64,000 bases of DNA from Alphaproteobacteria bacterium (GCA_009694185.1 SHVR01000008.1:2350-66349); one strand, 5' to 3'; counted from the first letter of the stretch, positions 45,169 to 57,020 are shown. Made by a program: numbers and translations. Notes: generated from the sequence alone by a model not told the origin.

Positions 45169-46050
45169 ATGGAACCAATGAACGAGGCAATTCGCCCCCG
45201 GCGCGGCGTCCTTTATATGCCGGCCTCGCGCGCCGGCGCCCTGGAGAAGGCCCGGGCGCTGCCCGCCGACGGCCTGATCTTCGATCTTGAGGATGCTGTC
45301 AGCCCCGATTCGAAGGAGCTCGCGCGCGCCCAGGCCGTCGCGGCCTGCCGGTCCGGTGCCTATGGGCGGCGCGAACTGATCGTGCGTGTCAACGGGCTCA
45401 ATACGCCCTGGGGGTATGGCGATCTCGCGGCCGTGGCGGCATCCGGCGCCGACGCCGTGCTGTTGCCGAAGGTCGAGGACGCGGCCCTGATCGGCCAGGC
45501 GGATGAAATATTGCGGGCGCATGGCGCGCCGAGTGGTCTGGCCATCTGGGCGATGGTGGAGACGCCATTGGCCATGTTGCGGGTCGACGACGTCGCCCGC
45601 GCCGGACGGTTATCGGTGCTGGTCATGGGGACATCCGACCTCGCCAAAGAGTTGCATGCCGCCCATACACCGCTCCGCCTGCCGTTCGTGACCGGCCTCG
45701 GCCTCGCGCTGCTGGCGGCCCGGGCCTATGGCCTCGGCATCCTGGATGGTGTGCATCTCGATCTCGACGACGCGGCCGGCTTCGAGGCGGAGTGCCGCCA
45801 GGGTCTCGAATTCGGCTTCGACGGCAAGACCTTGATTCACCCCAAACAAATCGAGCCCTGCAACCGCGTCTTTGCGCCGTCGTCGGCGGACGTGGCGTGG
45901 GCCGAGCGGGTCATCGCGGCGCATGCGGCGGCGCTGGCGGAAGGTAAGGGGGTGGTGCTGCTCGACGGCCGGTTGATCGAGAACCTGCATGTCGAGGGCG
46001 CCCGGCGGGTGCGGGCGCTGGCTGCCGCCATCAGGGCGCTTGCCCATTGA
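45169..46050 (+). CDS. HpcH/HpaI aldolase / citrate lyase beta (CitE)-like protein, malyl-CoA lyase/thioesterase type
   Basis: RRGVLYMPAS...DGLIFDLEDAV...MVETP...LVMGTSDL is the pattern of the CitE family. Confidence 0.8.
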   Translation: MEPMNEAIRPRRGVLYMPASRAGALEKARALPADGLIFDLEDAVSPDSKELARAQAVAACRSGAYGRRELIVRVNGLNTPWGYGDLAAVAASGADAVLLPKVEDAALIGQADEILRAHGAPSGLAIWAMVETPLAMLRVDDVARAGRLSVLVMGTSDLAKELHAAHTPLRLPFVTGLGLALLAARAYGLGILDGVHLDLDDAAGFEAECRQGLEFGFDGKTLIHPKQIEPCNRVFAPSSADVAWAERVIAAHAAALAEGKGVVLLDGRLIENLHVEGARRVRALAAAIRALAH

Positions 46051-46133
46051 CGGCGGCCCAGTTGCATTGACTTGGCCTTGGCCGCGCCGTACACCAGCGA
46101 GCGTTGGCTCGGCGGAGAGGAGAGGCGGCAAAT

Positions 46134-46535
46134 ATGGCTCGCGAGGCTACGGATAACCGCCCCCTTTCCCCGCATCTCCAGATCTACAAGCCTGAGTACA
46201 CATCGGTCCTGTCGATCACCCACCGCGCCACGGGTGTGGCGCTGGCGCTCGGCACGTTGCTGCTGGTGTGGTGGTTGCTCGCGGCGGCGATGGGGGCGGA
46301 CGCCTATGCGACCGTCCAGGCCTGCCTGCGCTCCTGGTTCGGCCGGTTGCTGCTGTTCGGTTGGTCCTGGGCGCTCTTCTATCACCTCGCCAATGGCATC
46401 CGGCATCTGTTCTGGGACGCGGGTTATGGCTTCGAACTCGCGACCGCCCAGAAGTCCGGCTGGGCCGTGGTCATCGCCGCGGCGGCCTTGACCATCGTCG
46501 CGTGGGTCGTTGGCCTCACGGCTCGGGGAGGGTGA
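46134..46535 (+). CDS. sdhC: succinate dehydrogenase cytochrome b556 subunit
   Basis: RPLSPHLQIYKPEYTSVLSITHRATG motif. GGAGAGGAGAGG Shine-Dalgarno upstream. Confidence 0.9.
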   Translation: MAREATDNRPLSPHLQIYKPEYTSVLSITHRATGVALALGTLLLVWWLLAAAMGADAYATVQACLRSWFGRLLLFGWSWALFYHLANGIRHLFWDAGYGFELATAQKSGWAVVIAAAALTIVAWVVGLTARGG

Positions 46536-46539
46536 TCCG

Positions 46540-46920
46540 ATGAGCCTCAGATCGCCGCTCGCTCGGGTTCGCGGCCTCGGCTCCGCCAAGGAAGGCGTAC
46601 AGCATTGGTGGATGCAGCGCCTGACGGCCGTCGCCCTGGTGCCGCTCTCGCTCTGGTTCGTGGCGGCAATCGTCTGCCATGCCGGCGCCGGCCATGCCCA
46701 GATGCGCGCCTGGATCGCGGCGCCCACGGTCGCCATCCCGATGCTGCTCTTGATCGTCGCCACCTTTCACCATGCCCAGCTCGGCCTGCAGGTGGTGATC
46801 GAGGACTATGTCCATCATGAGGGAGTCAAGGTCGCCAGCCTCATCGCGGTCAAGTTCCTGGCGGTCGTGCTCGCCGCCATATCCGTCTTCGCCGTCCTCA
46901 AGCTCGCCTTTGGAGGCTAG
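46540..46920 (+). CDS. sdhD: succinate dehydrogenase hydrophobic membrane anchor subunit
   Basis: [23 protein letters not shown] motif. Lies between sdhC and sdhA. Confidence 0.9.
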   Translation: MSLRSPLARVRGLGSAKEGVQHWWMQRLTAVALVPLSLWFVAAIVCHAGAGHAQMRAWIAAPTVAIPMLLLIVATFHHAQLGLQVVIEDYVHHEGVKVASLIAVKFLAVVLAAISVFAVLKLAFGG

Positions 46921-46924
46921 TTCG

Positions 46925-48718
46925 ATGCCCAGCGCCTACGAGATCGTGGACCACAGCTATGACGTGGTGGTCGTCGGCGGCGGCGGCGCGGGCCTCCGCG
47001 CCACCCTCGGCATGGTGCAGGCGGGCCTCAAGACGGCCTGCATCACCAAGGTGTTCCCGACCCGTAGCCACACGGTGGCGGCCCAAGGTGGCATCGCCGC
47101 CGCGCTCGCCAACATGTCGGCGGACGACTGGCGCTGGCACATGTATGACACGGTCAAGGGGTCGGACTGGCTGGGCGACCAGGACGCCATCGAATACATG
47201 TGCCGCAATGCCGTGCCGGCGATCCATGAACTCGAACATTTCGGCATGCCCTTCTCGCGCACGGCCGATGGCAAGATCTATCAGCGGCCGTTCGGCGGCC
47301 ATATGCGGAATTTCGGCGAGGCACCGGCCGAGCGCGCTTGCGCCGCCGCCGACCGGACCGGCCACGCGCTGCTGCACACCCTCTACCAGCAGAGCCTGCG
47401 CCACGAGGCCGAGTTTTTCGTGGAATATTTCGCCCTCGACCTGATCATGGACCCGGCGGACGGTTCGTGTCGGGGCGTCATCGCCTGGAACCTGGATGAC
47501 GGCACCATGCATCGCTTCCGCGCCCATATGACCGTGCTGGCCACCGGCGGCTTTGGCCGCTCCTATTTCTCATGCACGTCGGCCCACACTTGTACCGGCG
47601 ACGGCAACGGCATGGCGGCCCGCGCCGGCCTTGCCAACCAGGACATGGAGTTCGTCCAGTTCCACCCGACCGGCATCTATGGCGCCGGGTGCCTGATCAC
47701 CGAGGGGGCGCGCGCCGAAGGTGGCTATCTGGTCAATGCCGCGGGTGAGCGGTTCATGGAGCGTTACGCGCCAACCGCCAAGGACCTGGCCTCGCGCGAT
47801 GTGGTCAGCCGTTCGATGACCATTGAGATCAGGGAAGGCCGCGGCGTCGGCCCGAACAAGGACCATATCTTCCTGCATCTCGAGCACCTCGGCTCCGACC
47901 TCCTGCATGAACGCCTGCCCGGTATCACCGAGACGGCCAAGATTTTCGCCGGCGTCGATGCCACCAAGCAGCCGATCCCGGTGCTGCCGACCGTGCATTA
48001 CAATATGGGTGGTATTCCCACGAACCATATGGGCGAGGCGCTGCGCCCGGCGCCGGGTGATCCGGACGCGGTCTGTCCGGGCTTGATGGCCGTGGGCGAG
48101 GCGGCCTGTGTTTCGGTCCACGGCGCCAATCGGCTGGGCGCCAATTCGCTCCTGGATCTGGTGGTGTTCGGGCGGGCCGCCGCCCAGCGGGCTAGCCTGC
48201 TGGTTACGGCGGGTGCCGCGCACAAGCCCTTACCCAACGATTCGGCCGACCAGGCGCTCGCCCGCCTGGATCGCCTGCGCCATGCCAAGGGCTCGGTGCG
48301 GACCGCCGACATTCGGCTCGGCATGCAGCGCACCATGCAAAACAACGCCGCCGTGTTCCGCACCCAGGACGTGCTGGCGGAAGGGGTACGTTTGGTCGAC
48401 CAGGCCAGTGCCGCCATCGGCGATATCCAGGTGAACGACCGCTCGCTCATCTGGAATTCCGATCTGGTGGAGGCGCTTGAGCTCGAGAACCTGATGATCT
48501 GCTCGCTCTCGACCATGCATGGCGCGGAAGCGCGCAAGGAGAGCCGGGGCGGCCATGCGCGTGAAGACTGCCCGGACCGCGACGATACGACCTGGATGCG
48601 GCACACCCTGGCCTGGGTCGACGATGATGGCCGCGTCAGCCTCACCTACCGGCCGGTGCACATGAACCCGCTGAGCCCGGATGTCGAGCCGATTCCGCCT
48701 CAGGAACGGGTCTACTGA
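46925..48718 (+). CDS. sdhA: succinate dehydrogenase flavoprotein subunit
   Basis: [25 protein letters not shown] and [13 protein letters not shown] motifs. Confidence 0.95.
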   Translation: MPSAYEIVDHSYDVVVVGGGGAGLRATLGMVQAGLKTACITKVFPTRSHTVAAQGGIAAALANMSADDWRWHMYDTVKGSDWLGDQDAIEYMCRNAVPAIHELEHFGMPFSRTADGKIYQRPFGGHMRNFGEAPAERACAAADRTGHALLHTLYQQSLRHEAEFFVEYFALDLIMDPADGSCRGVIAWNLDDGTMHRFRAHMTVLATGGFGRSYFSCTSAHTCTGDGNGMAARAGLANQDMEFVQFHPTGIYGAGCLITEGARAEGGYLVNAAGERFMERYAPTAKDLASRDVVSRSMTIEIREGRGVGPNKDHIFLHLEHLGSDLLHERLPGITETAKIFAGVDATKQPIPVLPTVHYNMGGIPTNHMGEALRPAPGDPDAVCPGLMAVGEAACVSVHGANRLGANSLLDLVVFGRAAAQRASLLVTAGAAHKPLPNDSADQALARLDRLRHAKGSVRTADIRLGMQRTMQNNAAVFRTQDVLAEGVRLVDQASAAIGDIQVNDRSLIWNSDLVEALELENLMICSLSTMHGAEARKESRGGHAREDCPDRDDTTWMRHTLAWVDDDGRVSLTYRPVHMNPLSPDVEPIPPQERVY

Positions 48719-48759
48719 CCCCAAAATCAACGCGAAAGACATAGAAAGGGTCCCCTCGG

Positions 48760-49539
48760 ATGGCCGAATTCGCCCTTCCCGCCAACTCCAAGATCGGGGT
48801 CGGCAAGACCCATAAGGCGCGGGCGCCGGCCAAGCGCGTGAAGACCTTCCGCATCTATCGCTGGAACCCTGACGACGGCGCCAATCCGAGGATCGACAGC
48901 TATGAGGTCGATCTCGACGGGTGCGGGCCGATGGTCCTCGACGCCCTGATCAAGATCAAGAACGAGATCGATACGACGCTGACCTTCCGCCGGTCCTGCC
49001 GCGAAGGCATCTGCGGCAGTTGCGCCATGAACGTCGACGGCACCAACACGCTGGCTTGCACCAAGCCGATCGACGACGTCTCCGGCGACGTGAAGGTCTA
49101 TCCCCTGCCGCACATGAAGGTGGTGAAGGATCTTGTGCCGGACCTGACCACGGCCTATGCCCAGCTCGCGTCCATCGAGCCATGGCTGAAGACCAGGACG
49201 CCGGCGCCACCCGACCGGGAACGCCTGCAAAGCCCGGAGGAACGCAAGCGCCTCGACGGCCTTTGGGAATGTATCCTCTGCTTTTGCTGTCAAACGAGCT
49301 GCCCGAGCTATTGGTGGAACGGCGAGCGATATCTGGGGCCGGCCGTCCTCTTACAGGCCTATCGCTGGATCGCCGACAGCCGCGATGAATATACCGGCGA
49401 GCGGCTCGACGCGTTGGAGGACCCGTTCCGGCTGTATCGCTGTCACACGATCATGAATTGCACCAAGACCTGCCCCAAGGGCCTGAACCCGGCCAAGGCT
49501 ATCGCCGAGATCAAGAAGCTGATGGTGGTGCGGCGTTAG
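48760..49539 (+). CDS. sdhB: succinate dehydrogenase iron-sulfur subunit
   Basis: [27 protein letters not shown] and [12 protein letters not shown] clusters. Confidence 0.95.
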   Translation: MAEFALPANSKIGVGKTHKARAPAKRVKTFRIYRWNPDDGANPRIDSYEVDLDGCGPMVLDALIKIKNEIDTTLTFRRSCREGICGSCAMNVDGTNTLACTKPIDDVSGDVKVYPLPHMKVVKDLVPDLTTAYAQLASIEPWLKTRTPAPPDRERLQSPEERKRLDGLWECILCFCCQTSCPSYWWNGERYLGPAVLLQAYRWIADSRDEYTGERLDALEDPFRLYRCHTIMNCTKTCPKGLNPAKAIAEIKKLMVVRR

Positions 49540-50102
49540 GAAGCGGCCCTGGCGACATTGGTACCAGCGTATATGTCGCGTAGCGCCAAGCCGGCGGCCG
49601 GTTCTGCCAGTTGAATCACGGCGTCGATGCCAGCGAGTGTCGTGTGCTGCCAGCCGTCGCCGGTGCGCGCATCGAGTTCGACAAGCGCCTCGTTCTGGGC
49701 CACCAGGACGTAGTAACGCAGCGTCGGTATTGTCCGATAGTGAAGCCACTTGCGGCCTCGATCATCGGCCGCCGTGCTCGGCGACAGAACCGCCACGATC
49801 ATGACCGGGGCCGGTACGATGTCCACCTGGTCCGGCACCTGGCTGCAGGTCACCACCACATCCGGATAGAAGATCGCCCGATCCATCTGGACCTTCAGGC
49901 CTTCCTGAAACGCCTCGCACGGGCCTCCCTGAAGCTGCCCCCGCAGGATCGCCGAGACATTGCTGGCGATCCGGCTGTGCGCGGCGGTGCCACCGACCAT
50001 GCAGTAGATCGCGCCGTCGTCATACTCGAAGCGCAGCGACTGCTCGCGCTCCCAGCCGAGGAACGCTTGCTGCGTCAGCTTTTCTGCGGCAGGCTCCGCC
50101 AT
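49536..50102 (-). CDS. Uma2-family (DUF820) endonuclease
   Basis: The last 188 aa of the long ORF 49536..51188 read [25 protein letters not shown]...YPDVVVTC...[38 protein letters not shown]. This is a Uma2 pattern with a PD-(D/E)xK core. Confidence 0.8.
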   Translation of the reverse strand: MAEPAAEKLTQQAFLGWEREQSLRFEYDDGAIYCMVGGTAAHSRIASNVSAILRGQLQGGPCEAFQEGLKVQMDRAIFYPDVVVTCSQVPDQVDIVPAPVMIVAVLSPSTAADDRGRKWLHYRTIPTLRYYVLVAQNEALVELDARTGDGWQHTTLAGIDAVIQLAEPAAGLALRDIYAGTNVARAAS

Positions 50103-50228
50103 GGCATCGCCTCGTCCATCGCCTATCTGGCAGGATAACGGGCGCCCAGTTCGGCGGCAAGCAGCGCTCCGACCGGCTGCGCTCCGACCGGGTACGCCAG
50201 TGCTTGAAGTATGCGGAGGAGCCGAATC

Positions 50229-51038
50229 ATGACCCGTGCAATCCCCAACACACCCGACCGTGTCGCCGTGGCCAGGGCGCACCGGGCCGACATTCGGGCG
50301 GGCCGGCACGACAGGGTGACCACCGGCATGGCACCCGGCGTCGTCCAGGCCAATATCTGCATCGTGCCGGCGGACTGGGCGGCGGAGTTCCTGCGCTTCT
50401 GCCAGGTCAATCCAAAGCCCTGCCCGCTGATCGGCATGACCGAGCCGGGCGATCCCCGCTTTCCCATGCTCGGCGACGACATCGACATTCGCAGCGACGT
50501 GCCGCGCTATCGCGTTTTTCGCGATGGCGTCGAGGTCGAGGAAGAGACCGACATCAAACATCTTTGGCGCGACGATCTGGTGGCCTTCGCCATGGGCTGC
50601 TCCTACTCCTTCGAGGAGGCGCTCCAAGACGCCGGCCTCCGCGTCCGCCATCTCGACAACGGCACCAAGACCACGGTCTATGTCACGGACATCGCGTGCA
50701 CGCCGGCCGGCCGCTTCCGGGGACCCCTGGTGGTCTCCATGCGGCCCTTTATGCCGAAGGACGCGATTCGCGCGGTCCAGGTGACGTCGCGCTTTCCGAG
50801 CGTGCATGGCGCGCCGGTGCATTTCGGCGACCCCACCCAGATCGGTATCGCCGACTTCGACAAGCCCTATTCGGGACCCAAGCCCGATATGCGGGCCGGC
50901 GAAGTGCCGGTGTTCTGGGCCTGCGGCGTCACGCCGCAGCTTGTCGTCGAGCATGCCCGCCCACCGCTCTGCATCACCCACAAGCCGGGTCACATGCTGC
51001 TGACCGACCGGCTCAACGCCGAATTTTCGGTATTGTAG
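50229..51038 (+). CDS. putative hydro-lyase, UPF0317/DUF1445 family (D-glutamate cyclase-like)
   Basis: [38 protein letters not shown]...[10 protein letters not shown]...[17 protein letters not shown] precedes the ATG at 50229. Confidence 0.75.
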   Translation: MTRAIPNTPDRVAVARAHRADIRAGRHDRVTTGMAPGVVQANICIVPADWAAEFLRFCQVNPKPCPLIGMTEPGDPRFPMLGDDIDIRSDVPRYRVFRDGVEVEEETDIKHLWRDDLVAFAMGCSYSFEEALQDAGLRVRHLDNGTKTTVYVTDIACTPAGRFRGPLVVSMRPFMPKDAIRAVQVTSRFPSVHGAPVHFGDPTQIGIADFDKPYSGPKPDMRAGEVPVFWACGVTPQLVVEHARPPLCITHKPGHMLLTDRLNAEFSVL

Positions 51039-51051
51039 GCGCGGCACCCCC

Positions 51052-52407
51052 ATGAACCTCCACCGCCTCCTGCAACAACGCGCCGCAGCCGGCAATCCGG
51101 TACGGGTCGGCGTCATCGGCGCCGGGAAGTTCGGCTCCATGTATCTGGCCCAGGCGATCCGCACGACGGGGACCCATGTGCTGGGCATCGCCGACCTCTC
51201 GCTCGACCGCGCGCGGGCGGCGCTGGCCAGGGTCGGCTGGCCGGCCGAGCGTTACGCGGCAGCCTCGTTTGCCGCCGCCCTCAAGGACGGCAGTACCTAC
51301 CTGACCGAGGACGCGGCGGCGCTGATCGCCGCCCCCGGTCTCGAAGTGGTGATCGACGCCACCGGCAGTCCCATCGCCGGTATCCGGCACGCGCTGCTCG
51401 CCTTCCAGCACAAGTGCCATGTGGTGGCCGTCACGGTCGAGGCCGACGTCCTGGCCGGTCCCCTGCTGGCGCAGAAGGCCGCCGAGGCCGGGGTCGTCTA
51501 TTCGCTTGCGTATGGGGATCAGCCGGCGCTCATCTGCGAGCTGGTGGACTGGTGCCGCGCCGCCGGCTTCGAGGTCGTCGCCGCCGGCAAGGGGACCAAA
51601 TATCTGCCGCAATTCCACCAGTCGACGCCGGACACGGTCTGGGACAATTACGGCCTCTCGACGACGCACGCCCAGGCGAACGGCCTCAATCCGCAGATGT
51701 TCAATTCCTTCATCGACGGCACCAAGTCGGGCATCGAAATGGCGGCCGTCGCCAACGCCTGCGACTTGATGCCGGGCCCTGATGGCCTTGGTTTCCCGCC
51801 GGCCGACCTCTCGGAATTGCCCCACCTCCTCAAGCCGGCGACGGAGGGCGGCACGCTGGCCCGGCGCGGCACCGTCGAAGTGGTCTCGAGTGTGCGGCGC
51901 AACGGCCAGCCGATCGAGCAGAACCTGCGCTGGGGCGTCTATGTGACCTTCGAGGCGCCGGGTGACTATCAGGTGCGCTGCTTCGGCGAATATGGCCTGG
52001 TGACCGACGACAGCAAGCGCTTCAGCGCGCTCTGGCGGCCCTATCATCTGATCGGCCTCGAACTCGGCATATCGGTCGCGAGTGTCGCGCTCCGCCACGA
52101 GGCGACTGGTTCGCCGACCGGCTGGCGGGCCGACGTGGTGGCGACCGCCAAGCGCGACCTGAAGGCGGGCGAGACGCTGGACGGCGAGGGCGGCTACACG
52201 GTCTGGGGCAAGCTGATGCCGGCTTCGGCCTCGCTCGCCCTCGGGGGTCTCCCCATTGGCCTCGCCCATGGGGTGCGATTGAAGACCGCCATTGCCACCG
52301 GCCGGCCGGTGCGTTGGCAGGATGTCACCTTCGATGCCGCCGATCCGACGGTCGCCTTCCGGCGCGAGATGGAGCAGGCGTTCGGAGCCCGTAAGGCGGC
52401 CGAGTGA
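51052..52407 (+). CDS. NAD(P)-dependent oxidoreductase with C-terminal SAF-like domain
   Basis: VGVIGAGKFGSMY Rossmann motif at the N-terminus. The C-terminal KRDLKAGETLDGEGGYTVWGKL is SAF-like. The family name is from memory. Confidence 0.65.
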   Translation: MNLHRLLQQRAAAGNPVRVGVIGAGKFGSMYLAQAIRTTGTHVLGIADLSLDRARAALARVGWPAERYAAASFAAALKDGSTYLTEDAAALIAAPGLEVVIDATGSPIAGIRHALLAFQHKCHVVAVTVEADVLAGPLLAQKAAEAGVVYSLAYGDQPALICELVDWCRAAGFEVVAAGKGTKYLPQFHQSTPDTVWDNYGLSTTHAQANGLNPQMFNSFIDGTKSGIEMAAVANACDLMPGPDGLGFPPADLSELPHLLKPATEGGTLARRGTVEVVSSVRRNGQPIEQNLRWGVYVTFEAPGDYQVRCFGEYGLVTDDSKRFSALWRPYHLIGLELGISVASVALRHEATGSPTGWRADVVATAKRDLKAGETLDGEGGYTVWGKLMPASASLALGGLPIGLAHGVRLKTAIATGRPVRWQDVTFDAADPTVAFRREMEQAFGARKAAE

Positions 52408-53159
52408 GCCGCGCCGGCCGCGGCGTCCTGATCGTCACCGGGGGCGGCCGCGGCATCGGGGCGGCGGTGGCTCGCCTTGCCGGCGCCAGGGGCTATGACG
52501 TTGCCGTTAATTACCTGGCCGATCATCGGCGCGCCGCCTCGGTCGTCGCCGACATCGAGCGCGCCGGTGGCCGCGCCCGCGCCATCGCCGGCGATGTTTC
52601 CCGTGAGGCCGACGTTGCTACGCTGTTCGACGCCGCATTCGAGCTCGGCCCGCTCTCCGTTCTGGTCAACAACGCGGCGATCATGGGCGGCTTTGCCCGC
52701 GTCGACCAGGTCGAGCGGGCGACCCTCGATCGGGTCCTGGCGGTCAACGTCATCGGCCCGTTCCTGTGTGCCCGGGCGGCGGTCCGGCGAATGTCGACCC
52801 GCCATGGCGGGTCGGGCGGGGTCATCGTTAACGTCTCGTCGACGGCGACCAAGGCGGGCAGCCCCGGGGAGTGGGTGCATTACGCGGCCTCGAAAGGCGC
52901 CATCGACGTCATGACCGGGGGGCTCGCCCGCGAGGTCGCGGGCGAAGCCATCCGGGTCAATGCGGTGTCACCCGGCCTGACCGATACCGAAAGCCATGCC
53001 GCCAATGGCGCCCCCGATCGCGTCCGGCGAATGGCGCCGACGCTTCCGATTGGCCGAGCCGCCCATCCCAACGAGGTGGCCGAGGCCATTCTCTGGTTGG
53101 CGTCCGACGCGGCCTCCTATGTCACCGGCGCGGTGCTGGAGGTTGCCGGCGGCCGTTAG
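52404..53159 (+). CDS. SDR-family oxidoreductase
   Basis: TGGGRGIGAA, NNAA and YAASKGA motifs. The start overlaps the upstream stop. Confidence 0.85.
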   Translation: MSRAGRGVLIVTGGGRGIGAAVARLAGARGYDVAVNYLADHRRAASVVADIERAGGRARAIAGDVSREADVATLFDAAFELGPLSVLVNNAAIMGGFARVDQVERATLDRVLAVNVIGPFLCARAAVRRMSTRHGGSGGVIVNVSSTATKAGSPGEWVHYAASKGAIDVMTGGLAREVAGEAIRVNAVSPGLTDTESHAANGAPDRVRRMAPTLPIGRAAHPNEVAEAILWLASDAASYVTGAVLEVAGGR

Positions 53160-53165
53160 CGCGCC

Positions 53166-54230
53166 TCAGCGCCCGACATCGGCGATTTCGACCTGGACCG
53201 TGCGGGTGCGCCCGTCCCGGAGCACGCCGAGTGTCGCCTTGCCGCCAATGCCGGTGCGCTCGATCTCGCGCGCGAACGCCGAGAGTGTCGGGGTCGCCAC
53301 GTCGCCCACATGGGTGATGATGTCGGCGAGGTGGCGGGTCGTCGGCGACAGGCCGTGCAGCCCGGCCCGGGCGGCGGGCGAATTGGGTACGACTTGCGCC
53401 ACGACCAGGCCGTTGACCCCGAGGCGCGCGGCCAGTTCGTCGGGCGCCACGGTGATGCCAATCCCCGGGCGGGGCACGCGACCATCGCGGATCAGGGCGG
53501 GGACGATACGGTTGACGATGTCCACCGGCACGGCGAAGCCGATGCCGGCAAAGCTGCCGGTCTCCGAGATGATCGCGGTGTTGACGCCGATGAGCCTGCC
53601 GGCCGAATCGAGCAGGGGGCCGCCGGAGTTGCCGGGATTGATCGCCGCGTCCGTCTGGATCACGCCGGCGATCTCGCGGCCGCTCGCCACCGGCAGCCGG
53701 CGGTCGAGGGCGGAGATGATGCCCGTGGTCAGGGAGCGGTTGAGGCCGAACGGATTGCCGATGGCATAGACTGCTTGGCCGACTTTGAGGTCGGCTGAAC
53801 TCCCGACCGGGATCGGACTGAGGGCGCTACGGGTCGTCGCCAGCTTGACGACCGCGAGATCGTGATCGGGGGCGACGCCCGTCAGGCGAGCCGACACGGT
53901 GTCGCCGCCGTCGAGGCGGACGCGAATCTGGCTGGCGCCTTCGATGACGTGATAGTTTGTGACGACATGGCCCACGGCGTCCCAGATGAAGCCCGAGCCG
54001 GTGCCACCCTCGCTATTGGCGGATTGCGAGAGGATCGAGACCACCGAGGGCGCGCTGTTCTGGAACAGATCGACGGTGTGGCGCTCGCCCGGAGCCAGAT
54101 CGGCGCGTGGCTCCACCGTGCGCGGCCGATCGCCGGTCAACAGCAGCGAGCGAACCAGGCTGTCGGCCACGAACAGGCTCAAGAGCAGCAAAACCCAGAC
54201 GAGCACATAGCGGGTAAAGCGATTGTTCAT
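53166..54230 (-). CDS. S1C (DegP/HtrA-like) trypsin-type serine protease with one PDZ domain
   Basis: N-terminal membrane anchor, then HVVTNYHV, DLAVVKL and GNSGGPLLD (the catalytic triad context), with a PDZ-like C-terminus. Confidence 0.8.
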   Translation of the reverse strand: MNNRFTRYVLVWVLLLLSLFVADSLVRSLLLTGDRPRTVEPRADLAPGERHTVDLFQNSAPSVVSILSQSANSEGGTGSGFIWDAVGHVVTNYHVIEGASQIRVRLDGGDTVSARLTGVAPDHDLAVVKLATTRSALSPIPVGSSADLKVGQAVYAIGNPFGLNRSLTTGIISALDRRLPVASGREIAGVIQTDAAINPGNSGGPLLDSAGRLIGVNTAIISETGSFAGIGFAVPVDIVNRIVPALIRDGRVPRPGIGITVAPDELAARLGVNGLVVAQVVPNSPAARAGLHGLSPTTRHLADIITHVGDVATPTLSAFAREIERTGIGGKATLGVLRDGRTRTVQVEIADVGR

Positions 54231-54318
54231 GATTTGATCAGACTGTGATCGTGCTTTCAGGTCTCGGCCCTATGCGCTATCAGACCGGCGCGACCGAGGA
54301 TAGAGCCATCTGTAATCC

Positions 54319-55431
54319 ATGACCCAAGGCCCCGTCGAGGCACTCCGCGCCATCCGCCGCGCCGGCCACCTGAAGACCGATCCGGCCCAGGAGTTGGCGG
54401 CGGAAAAGTTGCAGAGCCTGCACCATGCCTTGCTTGGCTATCGGGCCCAGGCCGGCAAGCGCGGTTGGAAGGCGCGTTTCGGTCTCGATCGAGGCCGGGG
54501 CATGCCGCCGCTCGGCCTATATATCTCTGGGCCGGTCGGCCGGGGTAAATCCATGTTGATGGACATGTTCTTTCAGAGCGCGCCGGTCGAGCAAAAGCGG
54601 CGCGTCCATTTTCATGCCTTCATGCAGGAAATACACGATCGCGCCCACGCGCTTCGCCAGCAAGGCGCCGGCGAGGACCCGGTCGTCGCCATCGCCCGGC
54701 AGATCGTGGCGGAAGCGACGTTGCTCTGCTTCGACGAGTTCCAGGTGGACAATATCGCCGACGCGATGATCCTCGGCCGTCTGTTCCAGCAACTCTTCGA
54801 CCTTGGCGTCGTCGTCGTGGCGACGTCCAACACACCGCCTGACGCGCTCTACAAGGACGGCCTGCAACGCGAGTTGTTCTTGCCATTCATCGCCTTGATC
54901 AAGGATCGCCTCGACCTGCTGGAACTCGATGGTGGGATCGATCATCGCATCCAGCGGCTCCGGGGCCGGCGGGTCTACCATGTTCCGGCCGACGCCGCTG
55001 CCGAACGGGCGCTCGACCAGGCGTTCGCCGATTTGACCGATGGTGCCGCCGGCGGGCCCCAGGCGCTCGAGGTCAAGGGGCGGCGGGTACAGGTGCCGCG
55101 CGTGGCGCGTGGCGTGGCCCGGTTCGCGTTCCCCGAACTTTGCGAACAGCCGCTTGGTCCCGCCGACTATCTTGCCATCGCGACCCACTTCCATACCTTG
55201 GTCCTCGATCGCGTGCCCAAGATGCGCCCCGAGCAGCGCAATGTCGCCAGACGATTCATCACCCTGATCGACGCGCTTTACGAGCATCGCGTCAACCTGA
55301 TTTGCTCCGCCGACGGCGAGCCCGGGGAACTCTACGGCACCGGCGATGGCGCGCGCATGTTCCTGCGTACGGCATCGCGCCTGATCGAAATGCAGGCGCG
55401 GCACTATCTCGATTCGCCCCACCTGACATGA
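54319..55431 (+). CDS. zapE: cell division protein ZapE (AFG1-family ATPase)
   Basis: GPVGRGKSMLMD Walker A and LLCFDEFQV Walker B. 370 aa. Confidence 0.85.
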   Translation: MTQGPVEALRAIRRAGHLKTDPAQELAAEKLQSLHHALLGYRAQAGKRGWKARFGLDRGRGMPPLGLYISGPVGRGKSMLMDMFFQSAPVEQKRRVHFHAFMQEIHDRAHALRQQGAGEDPVVAIARQIVAEATLLCFDEFQVDNIADAMILGRLFQQLFDLGVVVVATSNTPPDALYKDGLQRELFLPFIALIKDRLDLLELDGGIDHRIQRLRGRRVYHVPADAAAERALDQAFADLTDGAAGGPQALEVKGRRVQVPRVARGVARFAFPELCEQPLGPADYLAIATHFHTLVLDRVPKMRPEQRNVARRFITLIDALYEHRVNLICSADGEPGELYGTGDGARMFLRTASRLIEMQARHYLDSPHLT

Positions 55432-55648
55432 TGACGGCATTGTTGCACCAGAATCACACATGTGACGAAAGGGTCGTATTTACTGGTCTAACCGCATCTT
55501 GGTGTGGGGCGGAGTTGATCGTCGATTCGATCTGCTGTACGAGATTCGACACGGAGGTTCCGTGCCGTCGTGCGTCATGAGTGGTCGCAAGCGGCATCAA
55601 CCAATGCAGATCGCCACGTGAAACGTCGCGATGATGTCCGAGGGGTAG

Positions 55649-56656
<1,008 letters not shown>

Positions 56657-56748
56657 GGGGCTGCTCGAGGTGGGCCATGGCGGTCCGCCCGGTCTTGCGG
56701 CGGGTTCGGTAGAGAGTGTTGTCGGTTAACCTAATGGAGGTACTTGAA

Positions 56749-56943
56749 ATGGCTATGGCTGCGAAGAAGAAGACCGCGAAGAAGACGACTGTGAAGAAGT
56801 CTCCCGCGCGTAAGACGACCGTGAAGAAGACGGCCCCGGCGAAGGCGACGTCCGCGAAGGCGGCGAAGAAACCGGCCGCGAAGAAGACCGCCGCGAAGAA
56901 GCCCGCCGCGAAGAAGAAGTCAGCGAAGAAGGCGTCCCGCTAA
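56749..56943 (+). CDS. histone H1-like Lys/Ala-rich small basic protein
   Basis: 64 aa built from AAKK(P/T) repeats. GGAGG lies 8 nt upstream of the ATG at 56749. Confidence 0.6.
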   Translation: MAMAAKKKTAKKTTVKKSPARKTTVKKTAPAKATSAKAAKKPAAKKTAAKKPAAKKKSAKKASR

Positions 56944-56990
56944 CAGAGCGAGGCCCATCTTTGCTGCGTCGTCCGTGTGACGACGTGCGG

Positions 56991-57020
56991 AGCTCGGGTT
57001 TTGCCGGCCCGAGTTGTCGT
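56991..57020 (+). terminator. candidate intrinsic terminator after the H1-like gene
   Basis: CTCGGG-(9 nt loop)-CCCGAG hairpin followed by TTGTCGTGTG. A second hairpin, CGTCGT-(7)-ACGACG, lies at 56967..56985. The U-tract is weak. Confidence 0.3.

Noticed and set aside
49536-51188. A 550-aa ORF on the minus strand spanning the Uma2 gene and the antisense of the DUF1445 gene.
   Set aside because: Only the last 188 aa (from MAEPAAEK at 50102) look like a real protein. The upstream 360 aa are antisense to a well-supported plus-strand gene.
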